Source of the DNA: Selaginella moellendorffii
Lineage: Eukaryota; Plantae; Lycopodiophyta
Reading direction: 5' to 3'
Assembly (NCBI RefSeq): GCF_000143415.4
Contig: NW_003314402.1
Coordinates: 135,804 to 199,803 of the forward strand
Length of the DNA stretch: 64,000 bases
A model generated the notes under the pieces. It saw only the letters and a list, made by a program, of their open reading frames with translations, searched no databases and was not told the origin of the DNA. This document shows, one piece after another, positions 63,699 to 64,000 of the stretch. How positions within the stretch are numbered: the first letter of the stretch is position 1; each line of letters begins with the position of its first letter. The position numbers and the translations under genes were made by a program.

Positions 63699-64000
63699 AT
63701 GGGGCTCGACACTCCGGGTTTTAGAAATAGGAAGAGGCTCCAGCTTAAGGCTCCGACGAGCAGTGCCAAGGCGAGGAGCCCCAGCCAGCGTTGGTAAATC
63801 GTGGACGACAGGGAGCTCTAGATGTACGGTGACAACAAAGGTCCCTGCGGCAAAATGTTCCATCGGCAGTGGATCGCCAAAAACTCCTGCAAAAGCTGAG
63901 GCTTCTAGGACAGCAAAAATTGCCGAGGTGAGCAATGATAGTGGAGCAGAGGATTTAGATGATTCGGGAGTAGAAAGTGGAGCAATCGATGGTGGGGAAG
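63699..64000 (+). pseudogene. RAD5: RAD5-like pseudogene G (5' part, runs off the window)
   Basis: Near-identical to the start of copy E. Confidence 0.8.

Noticed and set aside
1-64000. CRISPR arrays, tRNA/rRNA genes, LTR retrotransposons, bacterial defence systems
   Set aside because: No supporting motifs seen; the repeats are segmental duplications of intron-containing plant genes.

Overview
Eukaryotic (land-plant) DNA with no prokaryotic features. Compact GC-rich genes, 55-85 nt introns and PLS-type PPR relics suggest a lycophyte such as Selaginella (inference only). The whole window is a tandem array of a 10-13 kb unit: [URT1-like uridylyltransferase fragment, +] - [CC-CC-NB-ARC-LRR immune receptor gene, -] - [promoter, with or without a ~5 kb AT-rich decayed block] - [RAD5-like HIRAN/SNF2/RING pseudogene, +]. 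Six NLR copies are present: three appear intact, two have lesions only in the N-terminal exons, and one is doubly frameshifted. There is also an orphan NLR exon 1 and one unit with the NLR deleted. The ORF-track 'MDLSRR' starts lie in an intron. The real genes have three coding exons and encode two tandem homologous RPS2/RPS5-like coiled-coil repeats before the NB-ARC. LRR surface residues are hypervariable, and two copies carry a 501-bp LRR duplication. Other elements: a Rab7 3' fragment, PPR relics, a ~340-bp element with Helentron/DINE-1-like structure and an empty site in a paralogous unit, a 99-bp inversion that flips the RAD5 start codon, an older RAD5 HIRAN relic in four NLR promoters, and one assembly gap.
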